From: Sphagnum compactum
Lineage: Eukaryota
Direction: 5' to 3'
NCBI GenBank assembly: GCA_965153455.1
Contig: OZ234493.1
Location: 27,642,213-27,706,212 of the forward strand
Length of the DNA: 64,000 bases
In this document: piece after piece, positions 1-12,089 of the stretch
Layout of the letters: each line of letters opens with the position of its first letter
Position numbering within the stretch: position 1 is the stretch's first letter
Position numbers and translations under genes: made by a program
Notes under the pieces: generated by a model
What the model was told of the DNA's origin: nothing
Databases searched by the model: none
The model's input: only the letters and a program-made list of their open reading frames with translations

Positions 1-405
1 TTCTAATCCCCAAATTTCCCAATTGAAGAATTCCAGTTGCCCTAATTTCCCAATGCAAGAATTTTCAGTCCAAAATCTACAATTGAAATTCAGGTGCAAC
101 TCCTACCAGTTAAGCTACAAAGTCAATATATAAAAAAGATACATAGTAATACTCATCAATTTCTTTCTCTCTTTCTTTCTTTGTACAGTACTCTGAGAAA
201 TTTCTAGAGTATGTGGAGGGCACCTTGTACACTCTAGTAATGCTTCCTCAAAATTAGGAGGCACCTTACACGTGCAGGAGGCTTCTTAAACCTACTAAGG
301 ACCTACTTGTAGGCCTCTTACACATGTTTGGTAGGTAAAAGAAGACTTGTAAGTGTAAAATAGCCCTTGCTCTTACTACTACCTCATGATTTACTTATGT
401 CTGCA

Positions 406-612
406 GGCTTCTGATAATGTTCACCTTGTGCTTGACAAATGGGTAAGACCCTACCTAAGTGTTTAGGCTTATGATAATGTTCATCTTGTGCTTTATGATG
501 GGTAAAGTCTTACCTAAGTGTTAAGACTTATGATAATGTTCACCTCGTGCTTTACAGTGGGTAAGGACCTACCTACCTACATGGTTAAGCTTATGACAAT
601 GTTCACCTTGTT
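406..612. repeat. Tandem repeat, ~60-bp unit, ~3.5 copies
   Basis: Unit gctt(a/c)tgataatgttcacct..gtgctt...tgggtaag..ctacctaagtgtt starts at about 406, 466, 525 and 588 (periods 60, 59, 63). Confidence 0.9.
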
Positions 613-633
613 CTATGATGTGTGCGGTATAGG

Positions 634-708
634 GTAAGTCCCTGCTGTCAGAGATCTACTGTGTAGCACCAAGGGCCACACAGTAATTCCCTGACAGCAA
701 GGACTTAC
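634..708. other. Long imperfect hairpin (inverted repeat)
   Basis: gtaagtccctgctgtcag (634-651) pairs with ctgacagcaaggacttac (691-708) with one mismatch. The inner tactgtgt pairs with acacagta. Confidence 0.8.
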
Positions 709-1364
709 ACTGCATAACAGCTGAGGTAATCAATGCCTTATGAAATAATTTTTTCCCTTTCAACGATCTGATTGGGTTACGTCTTTCGCCTTCCGAATCT
801 TACAAAATTACGCTATCTGCCCTGAGGAACATTTTGTAAACCTGATTACAAAAAATAATCCACCCTCCAAATACACTAGAGATTTTCGCCAAGGTTGTTA
901 TGTAATAAGGACCCATATGCCAAAATGTGAGGTTGAGCTTATTTGTGGCCTACTACCTAGTTCAACTAGGTTGTGGCTTATTGCAAGAATGAATGTCCCC
1001 ACCTTGAGGCCTTACCCTCACTTATGTTATGTTTGTTGGGTATTTCCCCTTTTGCTTTTCCGACAATATGTTTGTTGAGTATTTCCATGCATTCATTCGA
1101 TGAATGAATTCATGAACTACACTTACCCAACAAACACCAAAAAGTATAGCATCCCAATCATTACTGACAAGGGTTTTTCTTTCTTTCTTTTTCCATTTTG
1201 TGATATGAAAAACATTGACAAATATTTCCAAAAAATATTTAGCCAAATTAGTCCCACTTTATTATAACTAGAAAAAACGAAAATTTCTCTATTTTTGTTG
1301 AAAAAGGAAAAAAAATTATTGAAAAAAAACAGTGAAATTTTACCAATGTGTGTTTTTTCTAAAA

Positions 1365-1900
1365 ACTTTTGTGATATTGGAAGGCTGGGCATTATTAACA
1401 ACAATATTTAGCCAGAAATGACTAGGTACAAATCAGATCTGACAGTAGAAATTTACGAAAATCTTTCTATGATGTGGCTACTGGCAGGAGCCTATGGGCG
1501 GATGATCTTTTGAATTTGTTTTGAAATCTGGCGAATTTAGAGCCTACGATAGTAATCTGACGATTTGCCCTTTTCTTTTTTTTGTTGATATCCAGCCAGT
1601 TTAGCCTAGGTCTTTTTGTTCCAAAAAATCCTTTATTCGCCCCAAAAAAACCCACTGAATTCAACACCCCCAGGTGGCTGAGTGTTTTTTTATTCAATTT
1701 TGTGATGTTGCTCAAATGGTGATGGGTCCATAAGTATATTGAGCCAAATTTTTCGATATTAAAAACATGAAAGCATAAAATCTTAAGCACCCTTTCATAT
1801 TGTAGGCAATTGTGACTTTTTTGGCTATTTTATTTAATTTTTTCAAAAAAGAGAATTTTCGACAGAATTATTCTCTTTTGAAAATATTTTTCGCAAATGG
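1365..1900 (+). repeat. Dispersed non-coding repeat family (related copies at ~23645, ~38790, and in reverse at ~43430-43665 and ~47320-47410)
   Basis: The motif caattttgtgatgt..c..aa.tgg.ga..(c)at(c)ca.aag....ttagccaaattt recurs, degenerate, at these positions within the window. Confidence 0.6.
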
Positions 1901-2094
1901 CGGAAATTCGCCACAAAAAACTAAAATCGCTGTTCGGGCCCCCCCAGAACAGAAACCAAAAAAAAACTCAAAATTTGTGCAATGGGGCCCAAATTGGGCA
2001 ACCGATTTCGTGAAATCCGAACTCCCGAGTCCCCGTCGTCGTTGCCATCGGAGTTCAGGTACTACAAGAGCGAGCTTTGTGCGCTGCTGCTACC

Positions 2095-2126
2095 GAGAGA
2101 GAGAGAGAGAGAGAGAGAAAAGAGAG
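2095..2126 (+). repeat. (GA)n microsatellite in the probable promoter/5' UTR of the 994-aa gene
   Basis: gagagagagagagagagagagagaaaagagag directly after a CpG-rich segment (2020-2095). Confidence 0.85.
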
Positions 2127-3201
2127 CGCGTGCTCAGGTTTGAGACTTGTGGTCACGAGCATCGGTTATAAAATTGGAGTTGTAATTTGAAGCGATGGCG
2201 ATGTAGGAGTTGGGAGGATTTTGACTACAGAGGAGCGGGGTTTTGTTGCGATCGGGCTGATTCGTTGCTGGAAGAAGCCTCGGAAGAAGTCTCGGAATCT
2301 AACAACTGTGAGCGGACGGACGGACATTGCAGGTTTATTCCCTCCTCCTCCTTCTCCTCTTCTTCTACATTGCTGCGTCGCATTGTTGCAGTGTGTTCGG
2401 ATTCGGAGTGAATTGGAAGTAATGTCTATCTATCTATCTACTTCGATCGACCCGTCGTAGTTTACAGCCTCCCAGCAGCAACGCACAAATCGACAAAGCC
2501 AAAATGAAGAGAGCTGCAGCCGGATAGCCTGCTGAAGGAAGAAGCATAGCACAAAAGGAAGAAGCAAGGCATGGCTTGATGAAGGAAGAAGTATAGTACC
2601 AAAGGAAGAAGGCAGAGAAGAGAGTCTATACAAAGAATGAAGAGAGGAGCTTCACAAATCGAGAGTCATAAGAAGCTCTGGAAGCTCCAAGAATCTTAAA
2701 TCGCGTAATTCAATTGAGCCTGTTGTGTACTGAGGTTGCTTGAGTTCAGATCCGAGCTCATTCACTCTCTTTTGTCCATGTTTTGTATTCGTCGCTTTTG
2801 AGCTTTTCCTCCTGTGGATGTTGGCGCATATGAAGTTTTTCTCTGTACAACTCTTATGATCAGGCGATTCCAGAATCCCTACTGTTTGAGCTTACTGAAT
2901 ACATGCATGCCATGCTTATCGATCTGCCACTGATTCGTTCTGACACCATTTCTGATCTCCTGGTAGAAAACAGCATCGCTTACCAATGTTAGAGGAAGTA
3001 ATTCTTTGCATAGGATTTGCTGGAATGTGCATTGCATCAGTGAAGAGCAGGAGGAACTTCTCCAGATGGTACAAAAAAGAAAAGAAAAAACAAAAGCCAG
3101 AGAGCAAGCTGCTAGCAATGAATGTAAGTGTGATGCAGCAGACTTGTGTTTTACAGTTTTGGCTAACACAGTAGTAGGGTATTTGGTTTTTCTCGGGTCA
3201 G

Positions 3202-6186
3202 ATGTTTCTCAAGGGGATGAGGATGATGATGATGGAGTTGCCACAGTTCTGTGCCTGCATCTTCCTCATTTTTCTGTGCTGTGTGGAGGAACCTTTTACT
3301 GCTGCTGCACTGAAGCCTCCTAAGTATGGGTCAATTGGAGAAGGAAACATCATGCCAACAGAGGGAGGTGGCAGTGGTGGTGCCATGGAACAGGCATTGG
3401 GAAGCAATCTGGGACAGGGTAGAGTCCTTCTAGAGGCCATCATCAATGATGTCAATGTCCCAAAGGAGATGGCATTGAAGGATGAGAAGGATGTCGAGGA
3501 GACAAAATTGCAGCAGCACCAGGTTGGGGCATCAAGCTCTTTTGATCTACTGCAAAAGGCATTAGGTCTAAAGTATGGGTGGATGCAGCAGGAGAAAGAG
3601 AAAGGACAGCTAGAGGAGGAGGAGGAGGAGGAGAAAACAGGAAACAAAGTGGTACAAGCCCTGAACACTACCATGACAGAGAAGAAGAATTTGAAGAATG
3701 GGGAACTTGAGCTGAAGGCAGAGGAGAACAATTTGTCAATATCTGAAGCTCAGGAGGTTGTGGAGGAGGAAGAGGAGGGATTGATTCCTGTGAAGATGAA
3801 AGTGGGTCATGAAACTGAGCTGAGGTTAGTGGAGGGAAAGAGATTGTCAAATTTCAATGAACAGGAGGAAGTAGTGGATGAGCAAGAAGAAGAGGAATCA
3901 GCTCCTGTGAAGAAGAAAGTGGCAAATGAATCTGAGCTGAAGGCAGCAGCAGCAAACAAGAAGAAAGTTTTGGAATCTGAAGACCAGGAGGCAGTGGAGG
4001 AAGAAGAGGAAGAATCGATTCCTGTGACGAAGAAAGGGCCAAATGAAACTGTGTTGACGGAGGAAGAGAAAGAATTGTCAAAATTTGAAGATCAGGAGGC
4101 AGTGGAGGACAGGGAAGAAGCAGTTCCTCATGTGATGAAGAAACTGGGGAAGGAAACTGAGCTAACAGAGGCAGCAGATGAGAAGAAATTATCAGGATCT
4201 GAACTGAGTCTGGGAGCATTGGAGGAAGAAGAAAATGAGGAAGCAATACCTCAGAGAAAAAGAGTAGGGAAGGAAACTAATATGATAATAGCAGCAGATG
4301 AGAAGAAGTTGTCAGAATCTGAGACTCAGGAGGTAATGGATGAGGAAGAGGAGGAAGCACTTCCTCTGAAGAAGAAACTAGGGAAGCAGACTAATCTGAC
4401 AGCAGCAGACAAGGAGTTGTCAGAATCTGAGTCTCAGGAGGCAATGGATGAGGAAGAGGAAGAAGCATTTTCTGTGAAGAAGAAAATGGGGAAGGAAACT
4501 AGTCTGATAGCATCAGATAAAAAGGAATTGTCAGCATCTGAGGTTCAAGAGGCAATGGAGGTTCAGCAAGCAATTTTTGTGAAGAAGAAAGTGGGGAAGG
4601 AGACTAATCTGACAGTAGCAGAAGAGAAGGAATTGTCAGAAGCTGAGGCTCAGAAGGCTGTGGAGGAGGAAGATGAGGAAACATTTCCTGTAGAGAAGAA
4701 AGTGGGGAAGAACAAAATAGAACCAAATGCTGCAGAGGAGAAGGGACTGTCAATATCTGAGACTCAGGAGGCAGTGAAGAAGGAAGAGGAGGAATCAATT
4801 TTTGTAATGAAGAAGATGGGGAACAAAACTGGGCTGAAAGAAACAGAGGAAAAAAAATTGTTGAAATCTGATTCTCAGGAGGCAGTGGAGGAGGAAGAGA
4901 ATGAAGACAAGGAATCAATTTTTGTGAAGCAGAAACAGGGGACCAAAACTGGACTGAAGGCAAAAGAGGAAAAGGTATTGCCAGAATCTGAAGCTCACGA
5001 GACAGTGGAGGAATCAATTCTTGCAAAGAAGAAACCAGGGAGCATAACTGAGCTGAAGGCAGCAGATGAGAAAGAATTGTCAAAGACTGAAACACAAAAT
5101 CTAGTGGAAGCACAAGAAGAAGAGGAATCAGTCCCTGTGCAGAAGAAAGTGGGAATGGAGATTGATCTGAAAGCAACAGAGGAGAAGAATTTGTTAAAGT
5201 ATGAACCTCAAGATGCTGTGGAGGAGGATAAGGAGGAATCAATCCCTGTGAAGAAGAAAGTGGAAAAGGAAACTGATCTTAATGCATTGGAGGACAAGGA
5301 ATTGTCCAAACCTGAAGCTCAGGAGGCAGCAGAGGAGGAAGAGGAGGAGAAAGACAAGGAGAAGAACAAAGGTGACAATAAATCTCTAGAGGGGATGAGA
5401 ATGAATAACTCACAAGCTGCTGCAGAAGAGGCTGATCCAGCATTAGACCTTGACCCAGTCGAGATTGATCTGCTGCAAGAAGTTCAGGACCTTCCTGCAA
5501 ACTTGCAGCAAACAGTTGGAGCAGTGACAACCCATCTACTTCCGAAAATTCAGCAAATCTCTGGCCAGTCAAAGGACTCATTTGATAAGATCAACAAGAA
5601 TCTAGCTAGCAGCTTCTTGCCTTTGATCGGAGAGAAGTATGCTCCAGTCATTGCAACTATAGTTTCCTATTGTCTTCTAATGCTTCCTTTTGGAGTTGTG
5701 TTGTTTCTTTGTGAGCGAATGCGCAGCATCCTCACTCTGCAGAAAGTGCTCCTCTTCATCAACATCTACCTGGCTGTATATTTTTCAATCCTTTTTGCTC
5801 TTGCCTTGGGACTGGGGGCTGAACCCATTTCTTTCTTCTACAAAAATTCAATGTCTGGTTACATAATCTTGCAGTTGTTACAGGCATTTGGTTACATCAT
5901 CTACATGCTGCTGCAGACAGCCGATATCCTCTTTACATGCTCCATGGGAACGCTATTGGGGAAGTGGTCAGCTGCAATGCAATGCTTGTTGGCAACAATG
6001 GTGGGTCTGCACTACTATGTCACTGTATTCCATAGAGCTATGGCCAGGAAAGCTCCACACACAAGCTGGAAATACTATGGTCTCTACTGCCTGAGCTTCT
6101 TTGTATGCTGTCTTCTCTCCAGGGTCCAGCGTGGCAAAAGAGAGTACATTCCTTTGGGGAATGAGACTACAGACAAGAAGAAATGA
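3202..6186 (+). CDS. Signal-peptide protein with a long E/K tandem-repeat region and a conserved C-terminal multi-pass membrane domain (resembles the plant 'cell wall integrity/stress response component-like' family, At4g39840-like)
   Basis: Uninterrupted 994-codon ORF. Hydrophobic N-terminus FCACIFLIFLCC..TAAA. About 15 repeats. C-terminal ~250 aa has several hydrophobic helices and the motifs LLPKIQQIS, LQKVLLFINIYL, VGLHYYVTVFHRA and SWKYYGLY. A probable 5' UTR intron runs from GT 2735 to AG 3201. The family match is from memory, not a search. Confidence 0.9.
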   Translation: MFLKGMRMMMMELPQFCACIFLIFLCCVEEPFTAAALKPPKYGSIGEGNIMPTEGGGSGGAMEQALGSNLGQGRVLLEAIINDVNVPKEMALKDEKDVEETKLQQHQVGASSSFDLLQKALGLKYGWMQQEKEKGQLEEEEEEEKTGNKVVQALNTTMTEKKNLKNGELELKAEENNLSISEAQEVVEEEEEGLIPVKMKVGHETELRLVEGKRLSNFNEQEEVVDEQEEEESAPVKKKVANESELKAAAANKKKVLESEDQEAVEEEEEESIPVTKKGPNETVLTEEEKELSKFEDQEAVEDREEAVPHVMKKLGKETELTEAADEKKLSGSELSLGALEEEENEEAIPQRKRVGKETNMIIAADEKKLSESETQEVMDEEEEEALPLKKKLGKQTNLTAADKELSESESQEAMDEEEEEAFSVKKKMGKETSLIASDKKELSASEVQEAMEVQQAIFVKKKVGKETNLTVAEEKELSEAEAQKAVEEEDEETFPVEKKVGKNKIEPNAAEEKGLSISETQEAVKKEEEESIFVMKKMGNKTGLKETEEKKLLKSDSQEAVEEEENEDKESIFVKQKQGTKTGLKAKEEKVLPESEAHETVEESILAKKKPGSITELKAADEKELSKTETQNLVEAQEEEESVPVQKKVGMEIDLKATEEKNLLKYEPQDAVEEDKEESIPVKKKVEKETDLNALEDKELSKPEAQEAAEEEEEEKDKEKNKGDNKSLEGMRMNNSQAAAEEADPALDLDPVEIDLLQEVQDLPANLQQTVGAVTTHLLPKIQQISGQSKDSFDKINKNLASSFLPLIGEKYAPVIATIVSYCLLMLPFGVVLFLCERMRSILTLQKVLLFINIYLAVYFSILFALALGLGAEPISFFYKNSMSGYIILQLLQAFGYIIYMLLQTADILFTCSMGTLLGKWSAAMQCLLATMVGLHYYVTVFHRAMARKAPHTSWKYYGLYCLSFFVCCLLSRVQRGKREYIPLGNETTDKKK
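3676..5345 (+). repeat. Coding tandem repeat, ~100-120-bp unit, ~15 copies
   Basis: Protein consensus KKKVGKETxLxAAEEKELSxSExQEAVEEEEEESIPV, repeated with unit length 33-40 aa. Confidence 0.9.
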
Positions 6187-7518
6187 GCTTTCTCAATGTC
6201 CATTGAGGTTCTATGCTTCACCAGATGGTTCAACTACTAGATTACTCATAATTTTTTTCTGTTGCCTTTTCTCCCAGCTGTTGGATAGAACCACAAGTCC
6301 ATAGATCTCTATTCAATTCACTTGCTAAGATAGCTGAGAGACCGTAGCTCTGCAACTATGCAACAAACATTCATATCTCTGCAAACTATACAACAGACAT
6401 TTTTTGGTGACTCTATTTTGAGTTGGGAGCATGCATGCACAGAATGTGCATGGCTAAATTTTAGTGGGGCCTCTGTAGATAGAGAGGTCATATGTCATCA
6501 TATAAAACACCCACAGAGAGTGGAATTTCTCAGTGCAACAGGCACATCAATCAATGTTTTACTTATTTGTACATCACGTACCTGCATGAAGGAAACTCCT
6601 ACCCTATCTTCTTCCAATTACTTTCTTTTTGTACAGCATCTGATAGAACAGAATTGCAGGTTGTCATGTCAGATGAAGGTGAAAGCATTAAATTGCCTTC
6701 AACATTTGGAAGTGTGGAAGGTCTGACACCTGATCTGTAAGAGGTCAATTTGGAAATGTTGTGAGCTCCAGGTCCATTTTCCTTTTACAGAGCTCTGCAG
6801 TGATATACAACCAAACAAATTAGCAATGGCAATGTGCAGATCAATATTATGCATGTCTTCTTACTGAAATTTCAGTAATGTCCCCCACAAGTGGATATTA
6901 CCCATCATAAAGCATGAGGATAATTGTTATCATAAGCCTAAACATACATAGATCAAGAGACAGTGCTTGACACCATATATTCATTCCTTCACATGTTCAT
7001 CTTGAAGTGCAAACACATAATCACAATTTTCACCAAAGTGCTCATGGGGAATCCTCACATTCTAGTGCTTTTCTGTGCTCTAAATAAAGACTTCATGTGT
7101 GCTAATCCACTTGTGTATTATGTGCAAAATAAGACAAAGATAATTGGATGATCATGAGGGTTATTACAGATGAAATAATATTAAAAATTAACCTTATTAG
7201 TATGCAAGCCAATGGCAACTTCTAACATTTCGAGTTACATGTGTTACAACTTTCAAAAACATTCCTTCAATCAACAATGACTTCAATAGGTATTGGTGTG
7301 GTCTACTTCACCAATGTCAAGTTATGTTGTTGTATCCACTCCTTGATAAAACACACAAATGCACCATAGTCACATAATGTTTAAGTTTTCATTGTCATGC
7401 TATTTTTAACCTTCCATCCCCAAATATATAAAGAAATAAGTTCTGTCAATCAAATCTTGGAATAATATTTGTGGGATCTTATCCATGACAATGATTTTTT
7501 ATAGTAACAAAATGCATT

Positions 7519-8451
7519 TGTTGCAACCCTAATTTGGGAGTGATTAATTACCAAGATGAGCAACAAAGTGTTTTTCTTGAGATGATAGGATGTTGAATCC
7601 TTCCAAGTGGAATTGGGTTGAACAAAGAATCAAAACTTTGAGTGAACAAAAAAAATTAAAAGCATGCTCTCACATAGCCAAAGGAAGTACCCCCAAAAGT
7701 CTTAAGTTCAACTTTCAGTTTGAGAATTGAAAATTTCAAGGTGTCCTAAATATTTGGATCAATGTTTGAAAGACCAAACCTTATCAATTGAGCCTTCTTT
7801 AAAACCATTTGAAAGTTTTTGAATGGTATTGTACTAAAGTCAAGGGCATTCTTTAAACAAAATCGTACAATACAAGGTCAAAAATCAAACTACCAAAATG
7901 ATTTTCAAACATTTAATCATCATGCAAAGGGGTCAAAACAACTATGATTGAGGAGTTTAATATGTCATTGAAAATATCTTTTCAAGGGCCATAACTTTGC
8001 CTTTGAGAGCTCTTGCTTTGGATACAAAATGATAAAGATATAATCCTAAAGTGACAAGATTCATAATTTGACAATTTTGGGACTTTTGTTTTGAAGTCTC
8101 ATGAAAAATGACAATTTGGCTACAACCCCCATCAGGAGCTACAGAATACATTACAATGAAAGTGATAATTATTTTCAAGTCTAGGTCATGGTAATTTTTG
8201 TGAATCCAAATTAACCCATGGTTTGTATGTGCATCATTAGGCTCATTAACCACCTTATTTGAATTGTATAATTTAACATGTTTGTGAGTTCAACTTGACA
8301 TGTTCTAATCTTGTCTTGGAAATCCTGCATGGCCCACTTGTCCCAATGTGTGGATCGAAAAAGTAGATTCAAAGCTTACAAATCTTTCGCAACATTTTGT
8401 ATTTAGATAATTTATCTCAATACCTTGTGTTAGGCCTTTGGGGATGCATAA
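7519..8451 (+). mobile_element. Degenerate solo-LTR-like dispersed repeat
   Basis: Begins TGTTGCAACCCT and ends ..ttggggatgcataa. Flanks gcatt/acatt may be a 5-bp TSD with one mismatch. Non-coding and CpG-depleted. It resembles an abundant moss LTR-type repeat as I recall it (unverified). Confidence 0.35.
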
Positions 8452-11400
8452 ACATTCATCCACAAATTAAACACCTTTCAATGCAAATTTTGATTTACAC
8501 CCTACGATTCATATTTAGGGTGTGAATAAGATCATGAACCATGTAGTTAAAAATCATGTCCATGGTTCACCAGCATCCAAACATAACTTGTGTCTCATCT
8601 TGAAGAAACATAAGATTGATAAAGAAACATTGTTGATGAACACCATAAAAAATAATCAAAACATATTATTACATACCAAGTATGGTTTTGTTCAATGACA
8701 TAATAATGTTTAATAGTGTGATTCATATAAATAAATTCCTCATGGACATCAATAAATTTTATTTTATTTTGTTGGTGGTGGGCTTCTATGATGAGATCTT
8801 CACCCAAAAAAATTCATATTTTGGAAATTCCCAAAATAAATATTGTGTTGTCTATCCATGTGGCCCATTTTATGTAAGAGAAAAAAATCTTATTGTTTTT
8901 AAACCTCCACAACCATGTTGCAAATTGACCAAAAATAAATGGTGGTCGTCACTTTGTATTTTCTTTTTGCCATTTATTTTTCAAAAGCCCTAAGAAAGGC
9001 ATGAATTTCACAATTCTAAAACATAAAAAAATAACAAGATTGATTTTTAACATAAGCTCAAATTATTTTTTAAATAGCAAAGATACCTTTGGAAGTGAAG
9101 CAAGCAAAATGAAATAAAATAATAAGAAAAGATAACAATGAATTCATAAAAATGATAGTGAAATTAAAATATGGTTGTCAATACATTTGTTTGGATGAGG
9201 TGTGTCAAAATATACCCATTTTGGATATTAATCAAATTGACCATTTAGTCATATTAGACAAGTTGTATTGAACACATCTAATTTGATTAGTGGTCTTTAT
9301 GGTTAGTCAAATGAAGGACCATTTGATTTGTCTAATTAGATAATAAATATTGAACACTGATTTATTTTGACCAAAAAAAATATTTTAAAATTACTACCCA
9401 AAATGATTTTTTTGGGATAATTTTTGTCGTTGGTAGGTAGATACCTTGTAAATAGATGCATGTAAATAGACCTATTACCTACTTACATACCTTTTGCCAA
9501 CCTACATACAACATATATATCACGATGTACCTACCTATGTACGAATATGTTCATGACATACACATATACCACATACATCATCATATAAAAAATTCATATA
9601 CATGATTTGTTGAAATTAATTTGAATTTAAAACTTCATGGAAGCATATCAATGCATTTTCCATCAAATCACATAACCTTTTGTTAAAATATGTGCAACAT
9701 TTTATTTTATCATGTCAAACATGAAACCACTTGGCAATTCAATATTTGACATTTCTTTTTTTAAATGTTGTTCAACTGATTTTTAAAAACATGTTTTTGA
9801 GAAATACAAATCATTGACAAGTTCAAACATTTTAAGTTACGAATCTTCTAATTGAAAACCCTATTCATTGTGCAATTCAAGACAAATTCTTTTGAAAACA
9901 TTTTGTAACAATTTCACAATAATTAATTTTTCTCTCATTAAAATTTTAAAATAGTATTCAATGGCATTAAGTTGTAACATCCCCACTAGCATAACATGTG
10001 ACAACATATCGTTTAACACAATGTTATGAATGTACATGGGTACAATGCAACTTCAAATATAAACTTGTAGCATTTACAAATTATTTACAAGAAATTTGAA
10101 TATATATTATAAAATTCAATCTTACTTACAACATTTCTTCATGAATTATGTTTGAATCTTCACAAAATTGAAAAAATGGTGATGGAATTTATAACATTTG
10201 GTTAGTATGCAATTCAATTTGTATTGTGTTAAACACTGCAAGTGAAATTTGAAAAAGATTTGAAATGCTTAAGGGAAAAGATTTTTGTTACAATAACAAC
10301 AATATGTAATTGCTTAGTAGATGCAGTTGTACAAGTTTTAGTAATGAAAAATTATGTAGTGGTTTGTTACAATGGATATGTAAATGAAAGGTTTAAGGTT
10401 TATAATATGTTTGTCTTCCTCGACACGTACTTTTTTGCATAGGTTGATATCCAACTTCTTGCAATAATCCTTCACCATCATAATTGGGTTTTGAAAAAGA
10501 AAAGTTGAATTACAATTGTCAAGATTTGTTTTCTTTAATAAATTTGACACATTTCTTTTTTCCATTCAAAGGTTAAACAACTAACAAAATATGTACACAT
10601 ATAATATACATGGTGTAATGAAAGCTATAGTTTTTGCATTAACAATTTTGAACAAAATAATGAAATTTTGAAAGTTGATCAATATCAATACAATCTATTG
10701 GTTTGGATGGAATCTTTAACATCTATAGATTGTGTTATTGAATTGTATGCAAAAGAATGCTACATTTTCAACAATAAATTCAATTTGAGAAAAACAATTA
10801 TGTTTCTTCCAGAAATTATCACATATACATATATGTGAAAATGATATAATGTTGAAAACAAGTTTCAAAAATGATATACTTAAGGGCAAGAAAACAAACC
10901 TTGAAAGAAATTTTTATTTTTTATTGGTTTTGTTGGATCCATAAGTAATTTAAAGTAAATATATGAATAGTTGAAACATAACTTGTAAAATAAGTCATGT
11001 ACCAAAGCAAAAGTCATTTCAAATGATTCATAAAAGGGTGAAAGCATGATTCGGTATACATTTCATGATCCTTGCCAAGAAAAGTGTGAAGTAACTATAA
11101 ATCAAGCCTTAACATATTAAATTTAAAATTATTATTTAATTTAATGACCAATATGAACATATTCTTTGAATTTATGTTAATGATATTGAAGAATCACATG
11201 TTTAAAGTAGATTTAAGTATTTTTTTTTTAACTTCCCAAGTTCGAAGAAACAAAGTAAACTTCAAATAGATGAAATATTGGATTTTTTTTACTTTTTTGG
11301 TTAATGGCCATCTAAAATTTATTCATACACTTTCAACTTCCAAAGTAAAAGTAATAATATATCAATATTTTAATGTACTAGTATTTGTTAACACAATTCC

Positions 11401-12089
11401 AACAATCAATCTAAAAGATATAACTTTTGACCTACTTTTAATACACTAAAGTTTTCTAAATTTTGTATACAACATACTATAAACCCAATATTATGCATAA
11501 TGATAATTTAACAATGATTGAAAAGGTTTCAACTCTACTTTTTTGCGTTTATGTGTAAAAAATTGACTATAACTAGTCACAACCACTTTTTGAGTATACT
11601 TGATCATGCTTTCACCCAAAAATATAACATGTTCATGCCATATTGGGGTAGTGATGAAGGTAAGAAAGGCCTTCAACATTTGTGGGAACATGGATAACAT
11701 GATCAAGTGTTTGTTGTAACTATAAACAAGTTTGCAATGATTAACCACCTCCCACATTTCACAAAGTTGTTTTTGTTGAAATGGTTTTGCAAGTTTCAAT
11801 TTCAACTTTTTGTTGTATCCTTCCCCTTTTGGACCATACAAAAGGTTGCATTTATGTCTTTTACACACTACAACATATGTGTGTTTTTATGATTGAAATT
11901 TCAGTCAAAATAGATAAGCGATAGATTTGTCTTCAATTAGATTAGATTAGTCATTTTTGTCAAATATATGACTAAGTTTGATGTGATTGATTGAATGCCT
12001 ATTTTCTTGTCTATTTTGACTAAAATGCATGGTGTTTGGTCTAACTCGCCTATTTAAGTGCCTAATTGACATGGTTGCTTAGTGACTTG

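Noticed and set aside
406-612. CRISPR-like repeat/spacer periodicity (~27-bp conserved block every ~60 bp)
   Set aside because: The intervening segments are homologous to each other, there are no cas genes, and the context is eukaryotic. It is a tandem repeat.
691-712. miR156/miR529/miR535 identity for the TGACAG-containing hairpin arm
   Set aside because: Only the first 6 nt resemble miR156 (TGACAGAAGAGAG...). The rest does not match.
3198-5581. Antisense ORFs (177, 130, 212 and 100 aa) rich in S/P/L
   Set aside because: They are shadows of the GAG/GAA-rich sense CDS.
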